Source of the DNA: Bdellovibrionales bacterium
GTDB taxonomy: Bacteria > Bdellovibrionota > Bdellovibrionia > Bdellovibrionales > DASUEL01
Assembly (NCBI GenBank): GCA_050250255.1
Contig: JBFWOZ010000009.1
Span: 16,895 to 80,894 of the forward strand
Direction of reading: 5' to 3'
DNA length: 64,000 bases
The notes under the pieces are model-generated. The model did not search any database, had not been told where the DNA came from, and worked only from the letters and a program-made list of their open reading frames with translations. Positions 37,572 to 47,813 of the stretch are shown piece by piece (positions within the stretch are counted from its first letter, which is position 1; the number at the start of each line of letters is the position of its first letter). Made by a program: the position numbers and the translations under genes.

Positions 37572-38396
37572 TTAAAATACAGTATTGTCTTTACCGCGCC
37601 CAATAATTTGGGAAACACAAAGTTCGTTTAAACCCTGAGGCATGGCGAGCGGCTCGAAGGTGTTGGGCACACATACTCTGATTGTTATACACTCAGTCAC
37701 ACAATCAAACATTGTATCAGCTTGAATAACACTGGAAGCTGTCGGATTATAATTCCCAGCATTACTACCCATCGCACGCAACGTTAATACCCCTACTGTG
37801 GCCGCCGTTGCTTTTTCTAAAAACAATTGCCGATACAAATCTGGGAAATGATGTTGTGGTTTTTTTAAAATACGATCTATTGCAGAAGCAACAACGTCTT
37901 CTGATTCTAATTGACGATCTCTAAGCCACGTTTGAATTTTTTGAAAACGACTAGGTATTGCCTCAACCCTTGCAATATTTGAAAAATCTTTGTCTAAAGA
38001 AGCATTCGCGGAGTTGGCACATTGTGTATCTGTTTGGCCAGTCATGCAAACACAAGCATCACGTCCCAGGGTGTCTCTTATACAGCGATCACCCGCAGTA
38101 TTACCTAAACATATTTGTTTCCCACCAGGCAAAATCCGCGCCACACTGGGCGCTGGGCAAACACCCGCAGTCGCTAACCATGCGAGACGTGCGTTCACTA
38201 TCATTTTAGCGGCATCTTCCATAATGAATGTGTATTTATAGGCAAGTCGAATTCGTGCATGTACACGCGCACGCGACGTCACATACATTTGTGCTGTACC
38301 TAACGCGACAAGAATTACCATTGCAATTCCAAAAACAATCACGATGGTTGACATTCCTTTTTGATTTTTAAACATCTGAATGCACTTTAAACGCAT
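37572..38396 (-). CDS. PilX/GspK-like minor pilin (no Glu5), Cys-rich
   Basis: NQKG|MSTIVIVFGIAMVILVALG is a prepilin-like cleavage site; the gene lies directly downstream of another prepilin gene. Confidence 0.6.
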   Translation of the reverse strand: MRLKCIQMFKNQKGMSTIVIVFGIAMVILVALGTAQMYVTSRARVHARIRLAYKYTFIMEDAAKMIVNARLAWLATAGVCPAPSVARILPGGKQICLGNTAGDRCIRDTLGRDACVCMTGQTDTQCANSANASLDKDFSNIARVEAIPSRFQKIQTWLRDRQLESEDVVASAIDRILKKPQHHFPDLYRQLFLEKATAATVGVLTLRAMGSNAGNYNPTASSVIQADTMFDCVTECITIRVCVPNTFEPLAMPQGLNELCVSQIIGRGKDNTVF

Positions 38397-38403
38397 ATAA
38401 CTC

Positions 38404-39345
38404 TCACATCCTGTGCAAGCGTGGGATTTGAAATGGGAAATAATAAAGACTGCCATGCAATCTTTCTGGATCTCCAGTTGCAAGTTGAGAAGGCCCTAAA
38501 TAATTATTACGAAATCCAATGAAAACTTCCATCGACTTGTCTTTATAGTTTTGTGTTCCCGCTGGGGGATTTGGCAAAAATATGTATTGAGATCGATTGC
38601 CACTTAAAAAATAGCGAACCGTTAAAGTAAAAGTTGCTTCTCTTGCATAGGAAGGATTGCCGTTTGCCACCGAAGTAGTCCGAACCAGAAGGCTCACGAA
38701 ATTTTCATATCTTAATGTCGGCCCATCATCAACCGTCGCAGGAATTGTTGCATTCGCGTTTCCGGCTTCCGTTCCGAGGGTAATGATCAAATTTCCTGAA
38801 CAGGCCCGAAAGTCATCAGCCTGTCCAATACAATTTGCTCTTGGAGTTTTAAAAAAAATGCCAGTTTCTCGAAAATTATTGGCAATTGTAAACGCAGCTC
38901 CACCAATTTCATAAGGAGGTATACCTTGAGCAACCGCCTGCCGTTTAAAAGCGGCAATATTAAATGTGTCGTCAGCGGCAAGACCCACTGAATTAAAATC
39001 ACTTGCGGAACTTGTAGGATCGGCTTGGGGATTTAAAATTTGCCCACCTTGCGCGCCCATCGTGATGGCATTCACTCCGTAGAGATCTACGGCTTGAGTG
39101 GCTACGGTTCTCAGCGCGTAAGCCGCAGTAAGAAGACTTTCTTCGGCAGCGTTTTGATCGATAATACGAACAAAACTTCCCATCGCAAATGTGAGAAGAG
39201 CGCCGGCTCCCACAATAACGAAGGAACTGATCGCGACTCCCACCATGAGTTCAATGAGGCTCATCCCTTTTGATGTGAACTTGAACTTAACTGGGACTTT
39301 GTATTTTTTTGAGACGCTCTTGTCTTCGGACTTTGGCCCTGTCAT
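38404..39345 (-). CDS. Type IV prepilin-like protein (PilW/GspJ-like)
   Basis: Class III signal SKG|MSLIELMVGVAISSFVIVG with Glu5. Confidence 0.82.
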   Translation of the reverse strand: MTGPKSEDKSVSKKYKVPVKFKFTSKGMSLIELMVGVAISSFVIVGAGALLTFAMGSFVRIIDQNAAEESLLTAAYALRTVATQAVDLYGVNAITMGAQGGQILNPQADPTSSASDFNSVGLAADDTFNIAAFKRQAVAQGIPPYEIGGAAFTIANNFRETGIFFKTPRANCIGQADDFRACSGNLIITLGTEAGNANATIPATVDDGPTLRYENFVSLLVRTTSVANGNPSYAREATFTLTVRYFLSGNRSQYIFLPNPPAGTQNYKDKSMEVFIGFRNNYLGPSQLATGDPERLHGSLYYFPFQIPRLHRM

Positions 39346-39760
39346 ACCTTCTCTTCTGTTCGGCCGATTCGGGCATAACTTGAGGAATCTTATGGGGTTT
39401 CCCCTCGCTGTCTACAGCAACAAACGTGAGGTAGGCTGTCGAAGTATGATACTTTTTCCCAGTTTGTGGATTTTCGGCTTCTACCCGAACACCCACTTCC
39501 ATAGAGGTGTTTGAAACATAATTAACGGCAGCACGAAGATTTACAATCCATCCCGTATAAATGGGCGCTACAAAGTAAAGGGCATCCACACTTGCCGTTA
39601 CTACATTAGATCGAGAATGTCTTTGAGCAGCGATGGCCGCAGCAATATCAATCCACGACATCACGACTCCCCCGAATATACTTCCAAGGGCATTCGTGTG
39701 CGAAGGGAGTACAAGTTCTGTCATTGTCACTTCTGAAATCGAAACTGGTCGTGCTTCCAT
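39287..39760 (-). CDS. Acyl-CoA thioesterase (hotdog fold)
   Basis: HTNALGSIFGG, WIDIAAAIAA, VTASVD, TSMEVGV and FVAVD; GGAGGAG RBS. Confidence 0.92.
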   Translation of the reverse strand: MEARPVSISEVTMTELVLPSHTNALGSIFGGVVMSWIDIAAAIAAQRHSRSNVVTASVDALYFVAPIYTGWIVNLRAAVNYVSNTSMEVGVRVEAENPQTGKKYHTSTAYLTFVAVDSEGKPHKIPQVMPESAEQKRRYDRAKVRRQERLKKIQSPS

Positions 39761-39776
39761 GACTCCTCCAAGAGAC

Positions 39777-39811
39777 AAAAAAAAGAGCTATCTTTTTTCA
39801 AAGATAGCTCT
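39777..39811 (-). terminator. Intrinsic terminator after the LuxR-type gene
   Basis: Stem agagctatcttt/aaagatagctct with a T-run on the minus strand. Confidence 0.75.
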
Positions 39812-39839
39812 GCTTTTACATTCTTTATGAGCTTTAGTA

Positions 39840-40190
39840 TTAAACGCCAAAGCCTGAACCTGAACCAATTCCACGGCCACCGATGCCACCAATTGGTGCG
39901 CTACCAGCAGGAATTGTATTCGGGCTTGTTTGAGCATTTACAGCCTGAGGAGCTTGAGCGGCTGGAGCTTCTTCTGTGAAGCTTAAATGTGGCATGCACC
40001 ATACGATCAACTGTGCACGTGATTTCACATTCATTTTCTTATATATGTTTGTAAGATGAAATTTAACTGTCTTTTCAGTTACAAAGAGTTGGCTCGCCAC
40101 TTCCTTATTTGACAACCCTTTTGTTACAAGTTCAGCCACTTCGGCCTCACGATTAGATAGACCCTTTTGGGTTAATACGTCTCTGAGCAT
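39840..40190 (-). CDS. Stand-alone LuxR/GerE-type HTH regulator
   Basis: LSNREAEV…GLSNKEVA…TVKFHLTNIYKKM…SRAQL, followed by a low-complexity tail. Confidence 0.9.
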   Translation of the reverse strand: MLRDVLTQKGLSNREAEVAELVTKGLSNKEVASQLFVTEKTVKFHLTNIYKKMNVKSRAQLIVWCMPHLSFTEEAPAAQAPQAVNAQTSPNTIPAGSAPIGGIGGRGIGSGSGFGV

Positions 40191-40486
40191 CCTTGCTCCC
40201 TCCGTTATTATATTGTTTTTTGGTATCCCCTAATTTTTACTACTTCTTAATTTCCAATTCAAAAGTACGTAAAACGCTCATCACCTATATCAAAGTCTGA
40301 CAGCATTTGATCCAACCTGCAATAGGGCAAAAAATCTTTTTTAGCAAAACTAGACCGACCAAAGACCTCAAGCGTCCCTTGATATAATAATTTTTAAGTG
40401 CCCGTATCAATTTGTCTATTTTAAAATTAACCGATTTTTATTTTTTCTAGTCTCCGACAGAAGTCGGCCTAGGTAGCAAAAAACTT

Positions 40487-42973
40487 TTAAAGCTCGACGA
40501 GCTTTTCCTGCCAATGAGAAATTTTAACGAGAGCTTCTAAAGGCGTAAGTCGAGAGATATCCATCTCCTTCAACTCCCCAAGCATCGCCGACTCTTGCCT
40601 AGTCTCTTCACTCTTTGTCTCTTGAGAAAAGAGATTCATTTGCGATGTGAGCTCTTGCGGCTCGGATTCAAATTGATGGAGAATTTGCTCCGCCCGACGA
40701 ATCACACTTGTGGGTAATCCCGCAAGTGCTCCCACCTGAATTCCGTAAGATTGTCCTGCAGGGCCTGGCTTCAATTGATAGAGAAATTCCATCTGTCCTT
40801 TATGATCACGAATCTCCATATGCGCATTTGTTAAGTGAGGAAGTTTCTCAGCAAGAATTGTCAGTTCATGGTAGTGGGTCGCAAAAAGTAAAGTTGCGCG
40901 CTTTTCTGAAATCAAATGCTCTAGGATCGCTTGCGCCAAACTCATTCCATCAAACGTGCTTGTGCCCCGACCAATTTCATCAAGAATCACAAGCGCGGTC
41001 GGCCCCGCTTCTTTAAGAATCTCTGCCGTCTCTTTCATCTCCACCATAAAGGTGGAAAGACCTTGAGAGAGTGCATCGTTGGCTCCAATACGCGTCCAAA
41101 GGCTTTCAAAAATTGGCAGCTTCGCGGTGGCTGCCGGGATAAAACTTCCAATCTGAGCCATTAAAACGGCGCAAGCGACCTGTCTCATAACTGTGCTCTT
41201 CCCTGCCATATTCGGACCCGTTAGAAGTATCCCGTGACCTACAGAAAGATCGACGTCGTTCGCAACAAAAGTTTTTTGCATTTGAGCCAAGAGCTGCTCA
41301 ACGACGGGGTGCCTCAATCCCTGAACTCTTATGTTACGTTCAACTTTTTCGTCATGAAAGTTCGTAAGTTCTGGGCGTACATATTTTTGCTCATTCGAAA
41401 GCCAGGCGAGAGAACTAAATACGTCGAGCTCCGCAATCACCCCAGCGAGCACAAGATAATCACGAATTCTCTCTAGAACACGCTTCTTAAAATCAACAAA
41501 AAGTTCAAATTCAAAATCCAGCCGCTGAGTGCGAGCGGAAAGGATTTTTTGCTCGAGGAGATTGAGCTCCTCAGTGGTAAAACGCTCACCGGTGCTTAAG
41601 GTTTGCTTACGCATATAATAAGAAGGAGCTTTTTCGGCATGGGTTTTTGTCAGCTCAATGAAGAAGCCAAAGACGTTATTGTATTTGACCTTTAGCGATG
41701 AAATTTTCGTTGATTCGCGCTCACGCGCTTCAATTTGCAAAAGTTTTTCTTGAAGATTTGAAGTTAAGTCTATGTATTCATCAAGCTTTTCATTGTAGCC
41801 TTTTTTAAAAATTCCGCCTTCTTTAGGGGACAGCGGCAAATCTTCGGCGAGAGCCTTCAGCGCCTCTTGCGAATCTTCATATATTTTCTGGAATTCTTTA
41901 GAGGAAATTCGCTTATGTTCATGAAGGAGCTCGACGGCGGCCGCAGTAGATTGCATGAGACTGAGCAAATCTCTTCCGCCACAGGCTGGGAGATAGAATT
42001 TGCAAACACGTCGTTCGATATCTCCAATGGCCATAAGCTGTTCACGAAGCCTTTGAAGCTTGGTGTGCTCCGACGCCCAATGAGCAATTTGATTTTGACG
42101 ATATTGAATTTGTTCTTCGTTCACTAACGGAAAGGCGAGCCAGTTTCTTAGCTTTCGAGCGCCAAGAGATGTGCGAGTACGATCGATCGCCCAAAAAAGA
42201 GAACCCTTTTTTTCGCCGTGGTAAGTTTCAAAAATCTCGAGATGTCGCAAAACCTGAGGGCTGAGCCGCATACGCTCGTAAAATTCTCGCTGCTCAAAAA
42301 CTAAAGATTGAGTTTCAAAGCTTGGGAGTGCTTGTTGAATGTACTCAGTCAGTCGCTCTTGAGAGGACCTCTCATCTGTCACAACGCTGAAACAAAATGG
42401 AATTTCAAGTTTCCAGCTTTCGATCAAAACCTTTTGCTTTTCGGTACAGACAATTTCTTTAGGGCTGATTAATTCTAAAATGCGCCCCTTCTCTGATGGC
42501 TTCACCAAAAAGAAAAAGGCCTCACCAGTACTGCTATCGACAAAACTCACTTCCTGGTCGTCAAAGGCCGCAATGTAGTTTGGTCGGTCATTGGCTAAGG
42601 CGTCTGGATCGTAAGCCATTCCGGGAGTTAAAATGCGAGTGATGCCTCTTTTCACAATGCCCTTGGCTTGTTTTGGATCCTCGAGCTGATCACAAATGGC
42701 GACTTTATGGCCCGCATTTAAGAGTTTATTGATCGGGCCCGCAACGCTGTGATGAGGCATCCCACACATGGGCGTCTCATCTTGTGCTTTTTTATTTCGA
42801 CTCGTTAAGGCGATGGAAAGAATAGGTGCCGCAGTTATGGCATCATCATGAAACATTTCATAGAAATCCCCCATGCGGAAAAGGACGATTTTATCAGGAT
42901 GGGCCGACTTGATTTCCCAGTACTGTTTCATAAGTGGAGTCATAGGCCGAAGATCCCCTTCCTCATGGCTCAA
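40487..42973 (-). CDS. mutS: DNA mismatch repair protein MutS
   Basis: Motifs FRMGDFYE, TGPNMAGKST, STFMVEM, DEIGRGTST, FATHYHEL and SYGIQV. Confidence 0.96.
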   Translation of the reverse strand: MSHEEGDLRPMTPLMKQYWEIKSAHPDKIVLFRMGDFYEMFHDDAITAAPILSIALTSRNKKAQDETPMCGMPHHSVAGPINKLLNAGHKVAICDQLEDPKQAKGIVKRGITRILTPGMAYDPDALANDRPNYIAAFDDQEVSFVDSSTGEAFFFLVKPSEKGRILELISPKEIVCTEKQKVLIESWKLEIPFCFSVVTDERSSQERLTEYIQQALPSFETQSLVFEQREFYERMRLSPQVLRHLEIFETYHGEKKGSLFWAIDRTRTSLGARKLRNWLAFPLVNEEQIQYRQNQIAHWASEHTKLQRLREQLMAIGDIERRVCKFYLPACGGRDLLSLMQSTAAAVELLHEHKRISSKEFQKIYEDSQEALKALAEDLPLSPKEGGIFKKGYNEKLDEYIDLTSNLQEKLLQIEARERESTKISSLKVKYNNVFGFFIELTKTHAEKAPSYYMRKQTLSTGERFTTEELNLLEQKILSARTQRLDFEFELFVDFKKRVLERIRDYLVLAGVIAELDVFSSLAWLSNEQKYVRPELTNFHDEKVERNIRVQGLRHPVVEQLLAQMQKTFVANDVDLSVGHGILLTGPNMAGKSTVMRQVACAVLMAQIGSFIPAATAKLPIFESLWTRIGANDALSQGLSTFMVEMKETAEILKEAGPTALVILDEIGRGTSTFDGMSLAQAILEHLISEKRATLLFATHYHELTILAEKLPHLTNAHMEIRDHKGQMEFLYQLKPGPAGQSYGIQVGALAGLPTSVIRRAEQILHQFESEPQELTSQMNLFSQETKSEETRQESAMLGELKEMDISRLTPLEALVKISHWQEKLVEL

Positions 42974-43056
42974 GTCGACACATGATACGGTGAGTTGAAG
43001 GTAAATTTCTCGACCATCGTTGAGTTTTTAAAACGAGCCGCCGAACAACTACCTGC

Positions 43057-44205
43057 ATGATTTTACGTTGGATGGTTTTTGTTACAATTGGAATACTTTT
43101 GGGTTTGAACGACATCGCACTAGCGAATAACTGCGCGTGTGAAGAGATCGTCTGCACTCCCTGTCAGCAAGAAATTGATGTCAAGTTTTATACGGAAAAT
43201 TGCGGAAACAAAGGACAAGTCAAATCCTGTAAAAAACCTGTCTGCCAAGATATAAGTCCACTTCCAAAGCATTGCCAAGCAACTCTCCCAAAAACTCAAG
43301 AGCCTCCTAAATCAGTAACAGCTGTAAAACCAGAAGTTCCCGCTGTTAAAAAATCTGTTGGAACTGTGCTCTCGTCTTTAGGGCAAGTGACTGTGTTTCG
43401 AGAAAAAATTGAAAACCCTCTCAAACTCGGTCAAGGCGTATTCAATGAAGATATCATCAGAACAGGTGAAGATGGCAAAATAAAAATTATGTTTCTCGAC
43501 AAAACAACTGTAAGTCTTATTCCAAAATCAAAAACGCAAATTCAATACGAAGGCAAACCTGGCGAATCCAAAACTCTCCTAGATCTGATGTATGGAACGA
43601 TTCGTAGCACTGTCACTTCTAACCAAGAGCACAGCGAGCATTTTCAAATTCGTACACCTTCTGCCGTTGCGGGAGTTCGAGGCACCGACTTCATTACAAC
43701 TTATTACGAAACTTCAAAGATCACTAAAGTTCAAACTCTTGAGGGCAGCGTTGAGCTCAAGTCTCTTGCGGGAAAAAATAAGGTTCTTGTCTCTGGTGGT
43801 TACTACGCGAGTTACGTCATCGATAAGGAACATCAGGGTTCAGACTCGAGCTCAATGAAGTATTTAGATGCTGGTTTTTTAACCCCACTTGAAAAACTCA
43901 CCCCTGATCAAAAAAATGAGATTCTTTCTAAAACCCAGATTCATACCGAACGCACCATTGCCGCTCATAAAACGATAGAAAAAACGATCATCTGCCGTGC
44001 ACCCGCCGCAAAATTCAATGAATGTTCGTGGACTTGTAAGAACAATCCTCAAGGTGCAAAAACTTGTCGCACAGACTTGCCTCGAGTCTCTTGTGTGAGA
44101 AAACGTTGTGATGCCAACGGGAACTGGTCCGATGATCAGCGCCTCCCGGCGAGCGACGCCCATAAGTGCGAAGCCACCATCACCACCTCCCCTTGCGACT
44201 ACTAA
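43057..44205 (+). CDS. Secreted FecR-domain protein with Cys-rich termini
   Basis: FecR-type motifs DIIRTG, FQIRTPSAVAGVRGTDF and LEGSV; signal peptide. Confidence 0.8.
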   Translation: MILRWMVFVTIGILLGLNDIALANNCACEEIVCTPCQQEIDVKFYTENCGNKGQVKSCKKPVCQDISPLPKHCQATLPKTQEPPKSVTAVKPEVPAVKKSVGTVLSSLGQVTVFREKIENPLKLGQGVFNEDIIRTGEDGKIKIMFLDKTTVSLIPKSKTQIQYEGKPGESKTLLDLMYGTIRSTVTSNQEHSEHFQIRTPSAVAGVRGTDFITTYYETSKITKVQTLEGSVELKSLAGKNKVLVSGGYYASYVIDKEHQGSDSSSMKYLDAGFLTPLEKLTPDQKNEILSKTQIHTERTIAAHKTIEKTIICRAPAAKFNECSWTCKNNPQGAKTCRTDLPRVSCVRKRCDANGNWSDDQRLPASDAHKCEATITTSPCDY

Positions 44206-44290
44206 AAGGTGCGCCGCTCCTTTTGGTAGCAATGGTGCGTCAACGCTTTTCAATTCAAAGATTTAACGCGAATATCACTTTTTTCCCTAA

Positions 44291-44382
44291 GCTCGAGTGG
44301 CGAAACTGGTAGACGCACAGGACTTAAAATCCTGGGGTTCGGTTAAACGGCCGTGCCGGTTCAAGTCCGGCCTCGAGCACCA
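44291..44382 (+). tRNA. tRNA-Leu (anticodon TAA)
   Basis: Acceptor stem GCTCGAG/CTCGAGC, anticodon arm CAGGA-CTTAAAA-TCCTG, long variable arm, T-loop TTCAAGT and an encoded CCA. Confidence 0.95.
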
Positions 44383-44596
44383 ACATTTTATTTCAAAAAT
44401 GAGTTCACAAAAGATTTGTGTTTCAAATCGGTAAAAGAAATCTGGCAGGTTACGGTCATAGTCGCATGTAGAAATTTATAGCTACAACCCACTGATAAAA
44501 AATTTCAGTACTCGTGAAAAACCTTATTCTTTAATAGAGATATCTAAAACAAATTTGAAGCTGCATTAAAAGGAGAAATCAAATAACATTTCTGGA

Positions 44597-45529
44597 ATGT
44601 TAGATCCGACTTGTGCCTCCAAAACTTCCGCAGATACGGCCCAAATCATTGGGCAAAATGCGGCTCAACTGGCTCTCATTGAAGTGAGTCTTGGAAGTCT
44701 CGTACATGCATTTAAAATTCCTTTTGGTGGAACACTTCTCTCGCTGAACCAAACTTATTTTCTTGTTCGAGTAGGGCAGCAGACCAAAAACCACCCCTCT
44801 GCTTCGACGCTACCCTTCTCTGTCTCCTGTATTGTCGCGATGCTCAAAAGCCTTGCTCCAGCGGGAAATAAACTTGCGCCTATGGTGAGTATTAGCATGC
44901 AGGGCTTTCTTTTTTCGCTGCCCCTTATGGTTTTTGGAGTCAGTTCCCCTGCCCTTATCTTTGGCGCCGCTCTATCAAGTGTCTGGTCTGTCCTCCAGCC
45001 TCTTCTTTCTTACTATGTTCTCTTCGGACCAGATTTGTTTCTTGCCGCAGAGTCTCTCGCAAAGAAGACTTTTCCTTTTTGGAATTTATCTGTCACTCAT
45101 CTTCTCCAAGCTCTTTTCGCACTTATTCTCGTAAAAGCGTTTGTAGCCGTAGCTCTTGCACTTCTTGCTCTCAAAAAAGAGGATTCATTATTCCCGGTGA
45201 CTCCAACAATAATAAAGACTTCGACAAAAAAACAAAGCTTTTCTCAAAGCCCACTCCTTTTGGCGCTTAAAGACCTTCTTCGACCGCTTTTTATATTTTC
45301 TTTTTTAATGACAGGTGTGTTCCTGTATCACGTTGAAAGCGACTCTTCTCAACTCATATGGAAGCTGCTCAGACCTATCGCCATAGCATTTCTATTCTTT
45401 TATATCTCGCGAACTTTTCTGATTTCAAAATTATTAGGTAAGCTAAAAGACACCCGATGGGATTTTCTCCATCGGGCCTATGAAATTGCGCTTCAGCAAA
45501 TGAATAAACTGAGCCGGAAGGCGATTTAG
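44597..45529 (+). CDS. Polytopic membrane hypothetical protein
   Basis: 310 aa with multiple hydrophobic helices. Confidence 0.7.
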   Translation: MLDPTCASKTSADTAQIIGQNAAQLALIEVSLGSLVHAFKIPFGGTLLSLNQTYFLVRVGQQTKNHPSASTLPFSVSCIVAMLKSLAPAGNKLAPMVSISMQGFLFSLPLMVFGVSSPALIFGAALSSVWSVLQPLLSYYVLFGPDLFLAAESLAKKTFPFWNLSVTHLLQALFALILVKAFVAVALALLALKKEDSLFPVTPTIIKTSTKKQSFSQSPLLLALKDLLRPLFIFSFLMTGVFLYHVESDSSQLIWKLLRPIAIAFLFFYISRTFLISKLLGKLKDTRWDFLHRAYEIALQQMNKLSRKAI

Positions 45530-46041
45530 AGCGCTCGTACTGTTGCAATAATTGCGGGAGCTCGTCGTAAATTTAATTTAGCATCACGGATATAAATCAA
45601 CGCTTGCTTTTGACTTAGGCGACCAGCTGCCATTTTATTACAAACTTCTGGTTCAAGGGGATCGGTGATTGTGTAAACCGATACGTGTTGAGGCCAAAGA
45701 TTATCTACATTGTTACTTCCACCTGCGCAAAGAGGGAAAAAGTGATCAATTTTATATTGAGATCTTTTGCTCTCTTCAATGTGGTAGCCAAGCTTCGTAT
45801 TATACATTCGAATGATCTGCCACTTCAGCGAAGTTTCTACGCTTCGAGTACAATAAGCAATCTGCTCTGGGTAGCGGTAGGTATTAGGATTCGAACAGAG
45901 AGAACCCCTCGTGAGAGTCTGATCAGGACTCACCGGATAGACCGTATTTTTTTGTGGAATTTCGTAAGCGAAAGAAAAACTGCTTACAAAAGTTATGACA
46001 CTTAGAACACTCGCAACGTAGCGAACGAAAGAACCCCTCAT
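45526..46041 (-). CDS. Secreted HNH-like nuclease
   Basis: Signal peptide; IDHFFPLCAGGSNNVDNLWPQ matches the HNH core DHxxPxxxGGxxxxxNL. Confidence 0.7.
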   Translation of the reverse strand: MRGSFVRYVASVLSVITFVSSFSFAYEIPQKNTVYPVSPDQTLTRGSLCSNPNTYRYPEQIAYCTRSVETSLKWQIIRMYNTKLGYHIEESKRSQYKIDHFFPLCAGGSNNVDNLWPQHVSVYTITDPLEPEVCNKMAAGRLSQKQALIYIRDAKLNLRRAPAIIATVRAL

Positions 46042-46176
46042 TTTGCCTCCAAATAGTGATGCATTTACGGTGCATCGTAGAAACGCCAGACCTTATAACT
46101 GACTTATACTTGTAGTAACTAAATCCAACCTGCATCAGCCTGGAAAGAGTGGCAACTAGAAAAAGAAGGCATAACG

Positions 46177-47091
46177 CTATGCCATGGAATTAAATAACCA
46201 TGCAGCTCCACGCACCCCGCTCGAATCTCCGTACTTTGCTTGTAGGAGACGAGTGGAAATTCCATCTGAAAAAGCATACTGCTGAAGTCGTGCTGGAACC
46301 TCGGAATAAATTTCCTGCATGTTCGAAACACCTCCGCCCAGAACAATCGCTTCTGGATCGAAAACGTTAATCACTTGTGAAAGGGCGCGTGCGATGCGAT
46401 CGAAAAAAAGTTCCAAAGTTTGCATCGCCGCCGCATCCTTTTGATGAAAAGCTTCATGAATTTCTTGGACTGTTTTTTTCTTTTGAGACTTTAAAAAATA
46501 TTCTTTTTCTATGCCCGTACCGGAGAGATAAAGTTCGTTACACAGCCGCTTTCCGCAATAGCAAGCTTCACGCTTCCACTCTTCTTCTGTGGGCCACGCA
46601 AGGGCGCAATGCCCCCATTCTCCAGCGATCGCATTTCCCCCGACGATAATTTTTTTCTCAAATACGAGACCGCCACCACACCCCGTTCCAAGAATCACAC
46701 CAAAAACCGAATTAAAAATTTGTGCAACCCCATCGGTTGCTTCAGAAAGAGCAAAACAGTTTGCGTCGTTGGCTAAACGCACCGGCCGATGCAAAAGTAA
46801 TTCTAGATCTTTTGCGAGGGGTTTACCGATGAGGCAAAGAGTATTGGAGTTTTTAATAAGTCCTGTGCGAGGAGAGACGGCACCAGGGATACCAATCCCC
46901 ACCCCTATCTTCTCGTCAAACCCAATCAAGCTTTGAGCAGTATTCACTAGATCTTTAAGTGCATTTAGGATACGGGCGTAGTCATTTTTTGGAGTCGGAA
47001 CTCTTTCACGATAGAGAATGTTTCCCGACATATCGAGCACACATATCTCTATTTTCGTTCCGCCTAAATCCACACCCACACGATGCTTCAT
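46177..47091 (-). CDS. mak: ROK-family sugar kinase (manno/fructokinase-like)
   Basis: DLGGTKIE, ANDANCFALSEA, GTGCGGG, AGEWGH, CYCG and GDSSGVRGAAWL. Confidence 0.8.
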   Translation of the reverse strand: MKHRVGVDLGGTKIEICVLDMSGNILYRERVPTPKNDYARILNALKDLVNTAQSLIGFDEKIGVGIGIPGAVSPRTGLIKNSNTLCLIGKPLAKDLELLLHRPVRLANDANCFALSEATDGVAQIFNSVFGVILGTGCGGGLVFEKKIIVGGNAIAGEWGHCALAWPTEEEWKREACYCGKRLCNELYLSGTGIEKEYFLKSQKKKTVQEIHEAFHQKDAAAMQTLELFFDRIARALSQVINVFDPEAIVLGGGVSNMQEIYSEVPARLQQYAFSDGISTRLLQAKYGDSSGVRGAAWLFNSMA

Positions 47092-47135
47092 GTTACCCCT
47101 ATTCAAACGCAAAATGTCTTGTAACCTTTTGGGGC

Positions 47136-47798
47136 ATGATCAAGCAAGTTTTTCGATTCAGTTTTACGGACGCCTTTATTCACACTCTAGAGATGTGGCG
47201 ACGCTCCTGGGCTCCACTTTTAGCCCTCACTTGTTTTTTTGAGGGATTCGGATGGCTTTCGCTGCGCCTTCTAGCAGAAAATCAAATTTCGCAACAAATT
47301 TTCCAAGCTCTTTGGAGCCTAGCCGTCGAAAGCGTTTTCCTCCTTATTATCCCTAAACTCTATAAAGATTGGCTGGAAGGAAAACCACCTCAACCAGTTT
47401 GGCCTCATGTTAAAAAACACGTGGAACCCTTCACCATTGAGAGTTTGCGGGTTTTAGGCCGCGTCTCCATAGGTTTTCTCCTGCTTATTGTTCCGGGCCT
47501 TATTCGTGCCATTCAGTACTATTTTGTGGGATATATCATCCAGTTTGATCCGCGTTATGAGCGAGGCGAAGTCGACGCGCTCGAGGCGTCAAAAGCTCTG
47601 GTTCAGGGGCGTTTCTTTCTCGTTTTAGGCGTTCTCATCTGGATCTTAGCCCTCTCTTTGCTAGGTCAACTACGAGATCTCACAAGTCTCTCAGAAATCG
47701 CGACAAGCGCCGCTTTTGTTTTGATGCTTTTCCTCAGAGTTTACATGCAAATTGTTTTGTATTACTTTTACTCCCTTCTGCAAAAGACAAGGCCGTAA
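47136..47798 (+). CDS. Membrane hypothetical protein
   Basis: Several TM helices and LLLIVPG; ATG 47136 avoids overlap with the divergent ROK gene. Confidence 0.65.
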   Translation: MIKQVFRFSFTDAFIHTLEMWRRSWAPLLALTCFFEGFGWLSLRLLAENQISQQIFQALWSLAVESVFLLIIPKLYKDWLEGKPPQPVWPHVKKHVEPFTIESLRVLGRVSIGFLLLIVPGLIRAIQYYFVGYIIQFDPRYERGEVDALEASKALVQGRFFLVLGVLIWILALSLLGQLRDLTSLSEIATSAAFVLMLFLRVYMQIVLYYFYSLLQKTRP

Positions 47799-47813
47799 GG
47801 CAAAGGAGCATAT

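Noticed and set aside
44291..46200. Prophage or integrative element at tRNA-Leu
   Set aside because: No integrase, phage genes or duplicated tRNA 3' end were found.
46959..47135. N-terminal extension of the 46959-47798 ORF
   Set aside because: It overlaps the divergent ROK kinase gene; ATG 47136 gives a more plausible start.
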